This document shows positions 17,955 through 25,799 of a stretch of DNA of 59,745 bases, piece by piece (position 1 is the first letter of the stretch; each line of letters starts with the position of its first letter). Origin of the DNA: a virus (lineage: Duplodnaviria; Caudoviricetes). Position numbers and translations under genes: made by a program. Under the pieces are notes generated by a model that did not search any database, was not told the DNA's origin, and saw nothing but the letters and a program-made list of their open reading frames with translations. The stretch covers positions 1-59,745 of IMG/VR virus record IMGVR_UViG_3300017991_000121; one strand, given 5' to 3'.

Positions 17955-18452
17955 ATGGGACTGGCAGGAGACACCCCCCGCTACAACGAGTGGATCGTGG
18001 CCCGCCAGATCGCGGTGGACGGGTTCGCGCCTGACCCGGACTGGGTTGCCACCCAGGACCCCCGCCTCCTGGACGGGGCCGGGAATCCTTCCCGGGCCTT
18101 CCAGGTGCCCAACCTCCCCGGCCGCCCCGCCAAGGGGTGCGCTGTAGCCGTGGTGGCAGTGGACGCAGACGGGAACGTGCAGGTCCCCGCGGGTGTGTCC
18201 GTGGACGTGGACGTGGTGGAGGTGGTCCAGTTCAGCGGTGACTACAACGACCGCGCGCCACACATCATGGCGGTGGAGGACCCCACCACCCCTCTCACGG
18301 CGTGGTCGTTCACCCTCCCCGCCGCCATCGTGGCCCGCCTCCCTGGGATCGGTGGAGCGCAGAACCAGTTCGCCTTCCGGGTGTCCGCAGCCGCGGGCGG
18401 CCCGGCGGGCGGCGAGTACCGGATCCTGGTCAAGCCCCTCGGAGGCGGATGA
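17955..18452 (+). CDS. putative virion protein
   Basis: 165 aa, beta-rich. Confidence 0.55.
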   Translation: MGLAGDTPRYNEWIVARQIAVDGFAPDPDWVATQDPRLLDGAGNPSRAFQVPNLPGRPAKGCAVAVVAVDADGNVQVPAGVSVDVDVVEVVQFSGDYNDRAPHIMAVEDPTTPLTAWSFTLPAAIVARLPGIGGAQNQFAFRVSAAAGGPAGGEYRILVKPLGGG

Positions 18453-19168
18453 TGTCGTGCTGCTCCGCTTGCGGCGCACCGGGGGCAGTCACCCCGGGCG
18501 CGCCCTGCGGGGCGTGCGGCGCCATCGTTGATCCCGTCACGGGGGCAGTGGTCCCCGCCCCAGGGGTGTGCGCCCCAGGACCGGCCAACGTCCCGATCAC
18601 GGACGAGGAGTACGCCAACAGCCTGGGGGTGTGCCTTCAGGACGCGGTGGACTCGGCCCGCAAGATCCAGCACGACCTCGGCCTTCGGCCGTACCGGGTG
18701 CGCCTGGTGTGGTGGGAGCGAGACGGCCGCCAGCGGTTCACCAAGATCTACCGGGAGTTGGAGTTGACCCCGGTCCAGGTGAGCACGTTCAACGACCTGG
18801 ACTGGGAGTTGACGGAGGCGGGGATGCAGGACCAAGGGGACCTCCTCCTGTCCGAGATCTCCCCGGTCCAAGTGGACCAGGCCACCCTCCTGGGCAAGAT
18901 CGACGGCGCCGACCCACCTCCGGGGGTGGAGTTCTTCTACGAGGTCCAGCAGATCGGTCGGTGCGTAGGTACGCCGCCGATCAACCCCGGGCGGTTCACC
19001 CCCACCGCCATCCCCTACCTGGACGGGGAGCAGTTCCAGTATTTCATGGTGATCGGGTCCCAGAATCACCCCCGGGCTGCCGCGCCGGGACCGGACACCC
19101 CGGACAGGGACAACACCTTCAAGCCCGCGCGTCTCCGCAGGCGTAGGCGCGGGACCCTGCGGACGTGA
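18449..19168 (+). CDS. putative head-closure/neck protein with Cys-rich N-terminus
   Basis: ATGA overlap; CCSACG...CGACG N-terminus; position in neck region. Confidence 0.55.
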   Translation: MMSCCSACGAPGAVTPGAPCGACGAIVDPVTGAVVPAPGVCAPGPANVPITDEEYANSLGVCLQDAVDSARKIQHDLGLRPYRVRLVWWERDGRQRFTKIYRELELTPVQVSTFNDLDWELTEAGMQDQGDLLLSEISPVQVDQATLLGKIDGADPPPGVEFFYEVQQIGRCVGTPPINPGRFTPTAIPYLDGEQFQYFMVIGSQNHPRAAAPGPDTPDRDNTFKPARLRRRRRGTLRT

Positions 19169-19171
19169 TGG

Positions 19172-19876
19172 ATGGCGTACAAGCGGATCACCCTTCCCCA
19201 TCCCAGCCGGATGCGGGCCGCGGCCAACAAGCTGGACATGGCCACGGGCAACGCGGTGCGGATCGCCATGGTCAAGACCGCGGAGTTCGGCCTGGGCGCG
19301 GTTCGACGGACCACCCGCCAGACCAGCCCCAAGCCGATCGCCCATGGGACCTACGATCAAGCGTGGGAGATCAAGAAGACCAAGACCGGCGCCGTCCTGG
19401 GCAACAGCGCCCGGCACTCGATCTTCGTGGAGGTGGGCCGCCGCCCCGGCAAGATGCCGCCCCTGGAACCCATCCTGGAGTGGGTCAAGATCAAGCGGTT
19501 CAAGTTTGACAAGCAGGGGAAGGTGGTCAAGAAGGGCCAGGGCAAGAAGCGCAAAGGGAGCGCCAAGAAGAAGTCCCCCGGTCAAAGGGCGGCCGACAAG
19601 GCCCAGCGAGATCTGGCCGCCAAGTACGGTCCCACGGGGAGCGGGGGCGGACCCCAAGCCCCCAAGAAGCCCAAGGGGGCCAAGAAGCCAAGCAAGGCCG
19701 CCCTCCGAAAGGCTGAGCACCAGGAGGCGTTCGCCTGGATGGTGGCGCGGGCCATCGGTAAGCGGGGGACGCAGGGGCGGTACGTTCTCCTGCGCACCAT
19801 GCCGCGGATCCAGAAGTACGCCAAGCGCGAGATCAACCGCCAACTGGGCAAGGCCCTCAAGAAGCTCACCCCATGA
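19172..19876 (+). CDS. HK97 gp10-like neck/tail-completion protein
   Basis: GTYDQAW...NSARHSIFVEVGRRPGKMPP...W...RAIGKRGTQGR motif pattern. Confidence 0.7.
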   Translation: MAYKRITLPHPSRMRAAANKLDMATGNAVRIAMVKTAEFGLGAVRRTTRQTSPKPIAHGTYDQAWEIKKTKTGAVLGNSARHSIFVEVGRRPGKMPPLEPILEWVKIKRFKFDKQGKVVKKGQGKKRKGSAKKKSPGQRAADKAQRDLAAKYGPTGSGGGPQAPKKPKGAKKPSKAALRKAEHQEAFAWMVARAIGKRGTQGRYVLLRTMPRIQKYAKREINRQLGKALKKLTP

Positions 19877-20616
19877 CTGACCAGCACCACCAGCACGAGA
19901 ACGCGGACGGCACCACCGTTCCATGGGATGGGGAGCACGACGGTGTCCGCCAGATCATCCCCCCGGGCCAGAACGAGGGGCTGTCCCCCCGCCTGTTCGT
20001 GGACGACCTCACCGCCCTCCAGGTGGGCATGGCGGACATCCTCACCAGCCTCACGTTCACCACGATCGACCGCAAGGCCCTCCTGGAGGACCGGCGGGTG
20101 GAGGCCAACGAGATGCGGGTGGAACGGGTGTTCCTGGACTGGCCGGACACGGAGGACGACCAAGTCCCCGTCCCCAGCGCCACCGTGATGGCCCCGGACG
20201 CGCAGGACATCGAGTTGGCGGGTCCCCTGAGTGGCCGCCAACTGCTGGAGGACACCGTGGGGGTGTACGGGGAGGGGACGGTCCTCCGCCATCTGGGGGA
20301 GGTGTCCACCACGATCCAGGTGGTGTTCTGGGTGGCCCACAAGGACGAGCGGGCCGCGGTGCGCCGGGAGATGATCAACGCGTTCATCGCAGAGCCCGAC
20401 GACGAGCGCGGAGGGCGGCGGGTCACCGTCCCCGAATACTTTGACCGGGTGGCGCGGTTCTCACTGCGAGACGTGGCCTACCAGGACAACCCCACGGATG
20501 CCCGGCAGAAGATCTGGCCCCTGGTGGCCCGCTTCGACGCCGACATCCAGTTGGTCAAACTGGTCCAGGCGCCCGCCACCCTCCTTGTGCCGCGGATCGA
20601 CGTACAGGCCACGTGA
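19873..20616 (+). CDS. putative tail terminator protein
   Basis: Directly upstream of the sheath; acidic; VPSATV...IQVVFW pattern. Confidence 0.55.
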   Translation: MTDQHHQHENADGTTVPWDGEHDGVRQIIPPGQNEGLSPRLFVDDLTALQVGMADILTSLTFTTIDRKALLEDRRVEANEMRVERVFLDWPDTEDDQVPVPSATVMAPDAQDIELAGPLSGRQLLEDTVGVYGEGTVLRHLGEVSTTIQVVFWVAHKDERAAVRREMINAFIAEPDDERGGRRVTVPEYFDRVARFSLRDVAYQDNPTDARQKIWPLVARFDADIQLVKLVQAPATLLVPRIDVQAT

Positions 20617-20697
20617 GCACTTGACGCGACAGGCGGCGCCGTGCTGGGTTAGACTTGCCGGCGGCGCCCCACCCGACCCAGCAGGAGACACCCCACC

Positions 20698-23238
20698 ATG
20701 GCAGGATTCAAGCGCGTATTCGTTCAGTTCCCCGGCTTCAACATCCTCGGGAACATCGAGAGCGTCAACACGATCGACATTCCCCCTCCCGCTGCGCCCC
20801 TGGGCGCGGGTGTGGGCGTCACGGCAGTCATCGGGGAGTTCGAACGCGGCCCGGTCAACACCCCCCTCCGCGTGTTCGGCGGGAGTGACCTGGAGGCCAC
20901 CTTCGGGGGCTTCGGCCACACCTACAACGGGGAGACCAACCAGCTCCCAGTGGCCGCCAAGTCGGCCGGATCCGACACCGACAACTTCTGGAACGGCAAC
21001 GGGTTCATCGCCCTGCGCAACAAGCGGTTCAGCGGCCTGATCCTGGTGCGGGTGGACAACTCCCCCGGGACCGTGTCCTTCAGCCGCCTGGCGTGCGTGG
21101 TGGGCGGCCGAGGGCCGTTCGAACTGGTCAACGGCGACACCGTGGACATCTCGGTGGACGGCGCAGCGCCGGTCACCGGCACGTTCCTGGGCACCAAGGG
21201 GATCCTCACCGGCGTGGGTGGCGTGTACCCCACGGGTTTCGTGGGGGGCGAGACCCTGGAGGTGAGCGTGGACGGAGGCCCCACCCGGGTGATCACGTTC
21301 ACCGCCGCCGATCAGACCGTGTTCCAGGTGCGGGACCGGATCAACGCGGTCCTGGCCGCCGACGTGGCCTTCGAAGTGGGCGGCGAACTGGAACTGCGCT
21401 CCCTGGTGGAGGGGTACAGTGGCACCATCGAGGTGATCGGCGGAACCGCGGTGGCCACCTTCGGCCTCCCGTTCCCTCCGGTCCAGCAGTTGGACACGGT
21501 CACGATCAACAGCAACACCGGCGGTGGCGCGTTCACCCTGCGCACCACGGTGGTGATCGACGGGGTGAGCACGGACTTCGACGCCACCTACGTGGCCGGC
21601 GCTCTGGACACCCCTGCCGTGGTACGGGACAACCTCCTGCTCGCGGCACAGGGGCTTGGAGTCCCGGGTGTCACCTACGCCACCAGCGGCGTGGCCGATA
21701 TGACGGTGGAGGGGGACGTGAACGTTCCGTTCACCACCTCCGTGGTCGCAGAGCCGGCCGGCGGCGACATGACTATTGCCCTCACCACCCCGGGGGTGTT
21801 CTCCCTGGGGGTGGGTACGGGCAACGTGGCCAACCTCCTCCTGGTGACCCAGGCCGAGGTGGCGTCCATCCTGGGCGCCCTGGCGGGCGTGGCCGTGGAC
21901 GCCAACCCGGACGGCAACCTGCGGATCTGCGCCACCACCACCCCGGCCACCGGGTCCATCCTGATCGCCGGAACGAGCACCGGCGCTGCGGCCCTGGGGC
22001 TCACCACGGGGACCACCGTGTTCGCCAACGTGGGCACGGAGACCGTGATCCCCGCAGGAACCCGCGTGCGGGACGTGACCAGCGGTGCCCTGTGGGTGAC
22101 CCTGGAGGACACCACGGTCCCCGCCAACCAGAGCAGCGCCCTGGACATCAAGGTGCGCCCGGGTGTGGACGACGACACCACCCCCACGGCCGCCATCGGT
22201 GACCTGTCGGAGTTGGTGGACACCCTCCTGGATGGGTTCTCCGTCACCAACGCGGCGGCTCTGTCTCGTCTCACCGCGGCCCAGATGGACGTGCGGTACC
22301 TGGAGGCGATCGACACCACGATCGACGTGAGCGGGGTCCCCCACGACATCAACATCATGTACTCGGCGCGTACCAGCGAGCGGATCATGCAGAAGCTCCG
22401 GGACAACGCCCTCCAGGCCACGGCCACGGGCCACCGAGCCCGCAAGGCCGTGGTGTCTCCCCCGATCGCCACCAGCCGCGCCGACGCCAAGGCGGCCAGC
22501 GGGGTCGGGGTGGGCAACGTGGGCCGTGAGCAGCGGGTGTTCTACGCCTTCCCCGGCCTGATCACGTTCATCCCCGAGATCGCCGCCAAGGGGGAACTGG
22601 GCGGCCCCGGGTTCACCGACGACGGGGTGATCCAGGCGCGGTCGGACGGGTTCTACGCGAGCGTGGGTTCCATCCTGCCGCCCGAGGAGAACCGCGGCCA
22701 GCAGTTGAGCGACACCAACTACGGCCCCCTCAACGCCCTGGGCCTGGAGGACGCCTACAACAAGGAGCAGGGCGGAATCGGCCTCACGATCGATGACTAC
22801 ATCGACTTCAAGGCCAACGGGATCATCGCCCCCCGCACCGACCGCGTGGCGGGGATCGTGTTCCAGAGCGACGTGACTTCGGTCCAGCCGGCCACCCAGC
22901 CCGCGCTGGTGGACGCCAAGCGCCGTTTCATGGGCGACTTCCTGATCGACTCGTTCAGCGACATCGGGGTGGGGTACGTCAAGAAGCTCAACACCCCCGT
23001 GCGCCGGCGGGCCCTCCTGGGCACCCTCAACGGATTCCTGGAGCAGCTCCAGAGCGCCAACCAGCCGGAGTCCTCCCGGATCGAGGACTTCAACGTGGTG
23101 GACGACACCACGGAGGAACAGCGCGGCCAGGGGTTCCAGATCATCTCCATCGCGGTGCGCCTGTTCGCATCCATGGACTTCATCGTGTTCCGCACCACGG
23201 TTGGCACTACCGTCAACGTGGAGGAGATCAGCAGCTAA
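20698..23238 (+). CDS. contractile tail sheath protein
   Basis: N-terminal AVIGEFERGPVNTP...FGG; C-terminal RRFMGDFL...ISIAVRLFASMDFIVFR; 846 aa. Confidence 0.9.
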   Translation: MAGFKRVFVQFPGFNILGNIESVNTIDIPPPAAPLGAGVGVTAVIGEFERGPVNTPLRVFGGSDLEATFGGFGHTYNGETNQLPVAAKSAGSDTDNFWNGNGFIALRNKRFSGLILVRVDNSPGTVSFSRLACVVGGRGPFELVNGDTVDISVDGAAPVTGTFLGTKGILTGVGGVYPTGFVGGETLEVSVDGGPTRVITFTAADQTVFQVRDRINAVLAADVAFEVGGELELRSLVEGYSGTIEVIGGTAVATFGLPFPPVQQLDTVTINSNTGGGAFTLRTTVVIDGVSTDFDATYVAGALDTPAVVRDNLLLAAQGLGVPGVTYATSGVADMTVEGDVNVPFTTSVVAEPAGGDMTIALTTPGVFSLGVGTGNVANLLLVTQAEVASILGALAGVAVDANPDGNLRICATTTPATGSILIAGTSTGAAALGLTTGTTVFANVGTETVIPAGTRVRDVTSGALWVTLEDTTVPANQSSALDIKVRPGVDDDTTPTAAIGDLSELVDTLLDGFSVTNAAALSRLTAAQMDVRYLEAIDTTIDVSGVPHDINIMYSARTSERIMQKLRDNALQATATGHRARKAVVSPPIATSRADAKAASGVGVGNVGREQRVFYAFPGLITFIPEIAAKGELGGPGFTDDGVIQARSDGFYASVGSILPPEENRGQQLSDTNYGPLNALGLEDAYNKEQGGIGLTIDDYIDFKANGIIAPRTDRVAGIVFQSDVTSVQPATQPALVDAKRRFMGDFLIDSFSDIGVGYVKKLNTPVRRRALLGTLNGFLEQLQSANQPESSRIEDFNVVDDTTEEQRGQGFQIISIAVRLFASMDFIVFRTTVGTTVNVEEISS

Positions 23239-23273
23239 GGCCGCCGCGCCGCCCACCCGCAGGAGACTGAAAC

Positions 23274-23711
23274 ATGCCCGCAGCACAACGCGCAAAAGGC
23301 CAGGAGGTATCGATCGCCATCACGGTGGACGGTGCCCTCCAAACCCAGATCGACACCATCCAGAGCGCCGAGATCGAGTTCGAACAGGAGCTACTGGAGG
23401 AGGGGTACCTGGGGGAGACGAGCGACCGGGTGGACTCGGTCTTCAAGTTGATCCGGGTCAACCTCACCGGCCACGCCAACAGCCAGGCGTACCTGGAACT
23501 GGCCGACGCCATCGTGGCCCGGTCCCAGCGCCGCGCGGGCGGCCTGGTGCGGGTGGACATCATCGGGTCGTTCGCGTTCCCCAACGGGGATTTCCCGTCG
23601 ATCGTGATCCCCGACGTGTACTTCGAGAACCTGCCGTTCAACATCGGCGGCCGCAACGAGTTCATCGAGTTCACGCTGGCCGGCAAGGCGAGCAACTACA
23701 AGATCATCTAG
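23274..23711 (+). CDS. tail tube protein
   Basis: 145 aa beta-rich protein directly after the sheath, AGGAG RBS. Confidence 0.8.
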   Translation: MPAAQRAKGQEVSIAITVDGALQTQIDTIQSAEIEFEQELLEEGYLGETSDRVDSVFKLIRVNLTGHANSQAYLELADAIVARSQRRAGGLVRVDIIGSFAFPNGDFPSIVIPDVYFENLPFNIGGRNEFIEFTLAGKASNYKII

Positions 23712-23718
23712 GCGGCCC

Positions 23719-24087
23719 ATGCCCACCCTGCACACGTTCCGGGTGGAGGCCGTGGTGGAGCACGCGTACTCCGTGCGCATGGTGGACGCGGAACGAGCCG
23801 AGGCGCTGCTGATCGCCTTGGCCGACAAGGTGGGCCCCGGGCAGACCGCTTACGACCCCCAAGTGGCGCGGATGGAGCCCCCCGAGGGGGGCCTGTCCGC
23901 GTCGTGCCTGTTCCCCGGGGGCCACGCGATCCTGCACACCTACGAGGCCGCGGGGCGCCTGCCACCCCGGTACCTGCTCGACGTGACCGCCACCGACCCC
24001 ATCGACGGCCAGGCCGTCCTGGAGGTGGTGGAGCGGCGCCTGGGTATCCCCGCGGCGAGCTTGAGCACCCGCGCTACGGCGTGGTGA
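23719..24087 (+). CDS. S-adenosylmethionine decarboxylase-like protein lacking the ES cleavage site
   Basis: GGLSASCLFPGGHAILHTY...YLLDVTAT aligns by eye to the SpeD pattern GxSxxxxxxESHxxxHTxPE...DxxTC. Confidence 0.55.
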   Translation: MPTLHTFRVEAVVEHAYSVRMVDAERAEALLIALADKVGPGQTAYDPQVARMEPPEGGLSASCLFPGGHAILHTYEAAGRLPPRYLLDVTATDPIDGQAVLEVVERRLGIPAASLSTRATAW

Positions 24088-24616
24088 ACCCCAAGTCGTC
24101 GTCATCGGCGGTGAGCATGGCCTGTGCCAGGAGGGACCGCCGCTTGGTCGGGGATTTCTTGGCGGCCAGTGCGTCGGCCTTGGACACCCCCACCCGGGAC
24201 GCGATCGACACCCACCGTGGAACCCACACGTCGGCGGTCTTGCACTCCGCGGCGGTGGGCACCTTGACCTTGTTCCGCCGGGCTCGCTCCTGGAGGCTCG
24301 CCACCCCCCGAGGATCCGGCTGGGCCTTGATCCCGATGCTCGCCGCCAGGGCGGCCGACTTGCCATTGTGGGGGACGGGGACCCACCCCCGGGACCGTAG
24401 GCGGTTCTCCTTGTGCCCCGGCTGGAGCTTGGCCCTGGGCTTTCGCTTGCGGGTGTGGGGGTAGTCCCTGTCCACGGTGGCCCGGAGTTCCCGCAGGGCG
24501 TCCAGCACGGCCTCCCGTGCGTTGGCCCTGGCCCGGGGGCCCTGGTCGGGGTCAAGCCTACGCAGGGCTATCTGCAAGTCCTTGTTCCGGTCCTTGACTG
24601 TTTTCCGTCGTCCCAT
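24074..24616 (-). CDS. basic hypothetical protein
   Basis: 180 aa, Arg/Lys-rich, convergent with the 23719 gene. Confidence 0.6.
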   Translation of the reverse strand: MGRRKTVKDRNKDLQIALRRLDPDQGPRARANAREAVLDALRELRATVDRDYPHTRKRKPRAKLQPGHKENRLRSRGWVPVPHNGKSAALAASIGIKAQPDPRGVASLQERARRNKVKVPTAAECKTADVWVPRWVSIASRVGVSKADALAAKKSPTKRRSLLAQAMLTADDDDLGFTTP

Positions 24617-24950
24617 CGTCCGGGTCCTTGCGCGCTCCGGCCAGCACCGTTGCGCCCTGGACCACCAGCCCCCGGAGGGCAGCCTCGGACAGGCGGAACT
24701 TGTCGTACAGCCTCCAGGCCCCCCGGTCTCGCTTCCACCGGGTGATCACCCACCGCCTGGGTCCCCACGTCCCAGCGCGCCGGTCTTGGAGGGTCAGGAG
24801 GACAGTGGCCCACCCGTTGGCCTGCTGGACCACCACGGGGGGCGCAGGCTGCCTCACGACCTGCTGGCCGTCGTGGTGCCGCTCCCAGATGATCTGGTCC
24901 AGGGAGTCCACCACCCGCTCGCCGTCTGTATCAAGTGCCATCGGGTCCAT
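24558..24950 (-). CDS. hypothetical protein, possible beta-sheet nucleic-acid-binding fold
   Basis: MDPMALDTDGE...GWATVLLTLQD...ITRWKRDRGAWRLYDKFRLS; start 24950 or 24941. Confidence 0.55.
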   Translation of the reverse strand: MDPMALDTDGERVVDSLDQIIWERHHDGQQVVRQPAPPVVVQQANGWATVLLTLQDRRAGTWGPRRWVITRWKRDRGAWRLYDKFRLSEAALRGLVVQGATVLAGARKDPDDGTTENSQGPEQGLADSPA

Positions 24951-25003
24951 CTTGCGCCACCGCGGCGGCGTGGGGTACGGTGGGCACCGCCAGGAGAACA
25001 CCC

Positions 25004-25432
25004 ATGAGTGACAACGACCCCGGACTCGGAATCCCCAACCGCGGCGCCGCGAGCGGCCTTATCACCGACAAGGCCCGCCCGCACATCGAGTACACCCTTC
25101 CCGCCAGCATGGTGGGGATCGCCTTTTCGGCGGAGGGGTTCTCGGATGAGGACCGCACCTTCAAGATGATCGAGATCACCCCGCGGCAGCAGGATCACGC
25201 CGCCAAGGTGGCCAACAACAACCCGTCGATCCTGAGCCGCGAACTCCTGTACGCGGCGATCTGGAAGATCGGCGGCTGGACCACCCGGGACAACCGGGAG
25301 AAGCTCACCAAGTGGTGGGACGCGATCGGGTCCAAGGGCCGCCGGCTGGTGGAGGCTGCGTTCATGAAGATGCAGTCGGTCGAGGAGGCCGACGTGGAAA
25401 ACTTTCTGGCTGCCGGGAAGCCCGCGGTCTGA
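25004..25432 (+). CDS. tail assembly chaperone
   Basis: AGGAG RBS; located between tube and tape measure; ends ENFLAAGKPAV. Confidence 0.7.
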   Translation: MSDNDPGLGIPNRGAASGLITDKARPHIEYTLPASMVGIAFSAEGFSDEDRTFKMIEITPRQQDHAAKVANNNPSILSRELLYAAIWKIGGWTTRDNREKLTKWWDAIGSKGRRLVEAAFMKMQSVEEADVENFLAAGKPAV

Positions 25433-25454
25433 GCCAGACGAGCCGGAGCCCGAC

Positions 25455-25784
25455 GTGGAGCACGTCTTCGCGCCGCGGCTCCGATACGACAACGGCCACC
25501 TCGTGGCTGTGACCCCCTTCCCCGTTCAGCGTGACCCGCTGGAGGGGTACGCCGCGTCCTTCCAGACGTGGTGCGATCTGGTGATGGCGGATTGGTCCCG
25601 CAACATCCAGCACACGTGGAAGCTCATGGTGGCCGCGGCCCGGTACGGGGCCCAGGACATCGAGACCATGAAGGACTGGCCGATCTCCGAGGTGGTGCGG
25701 GTAGTCCGCCTCCTGGGGGACCTGCTGGAAAAGGAGAACCCCGACCCCACACGCCCCAACTCCGCGGCGTCCGGGGCGTGGTAG
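25455..25784 (+). CDS. second tail assembly chaperone ORF
   Basis: Directly before the tape measure; AARYGAQDIETMKDWPISEV helix pattern. Confidence 0.55.
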   Translation: MEHVFAPRLRYDNGHLVAVTPFPVQRDPLEGYAASFQTWCDLVMADWSRNIQHTWKLMVAAARYGAQDIETMKDWPISEVVRVVRLLGDLLEKENPDPTRPNSAASGAW

Positions 25785-25799
25785 GCTAGGCCCGCTCCC

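Noticed and set aside
20621-20655. TTGACG and TAGACT as a -35/-10 pair before the sheath gene
   Set aside because: Spacing is 23 nt, too long for sigma-70
25312-25512. -1 frame ORF as the chaperone frameshift product
   Set aside because: Short, atypical composition, and ends far before the tape measure gene
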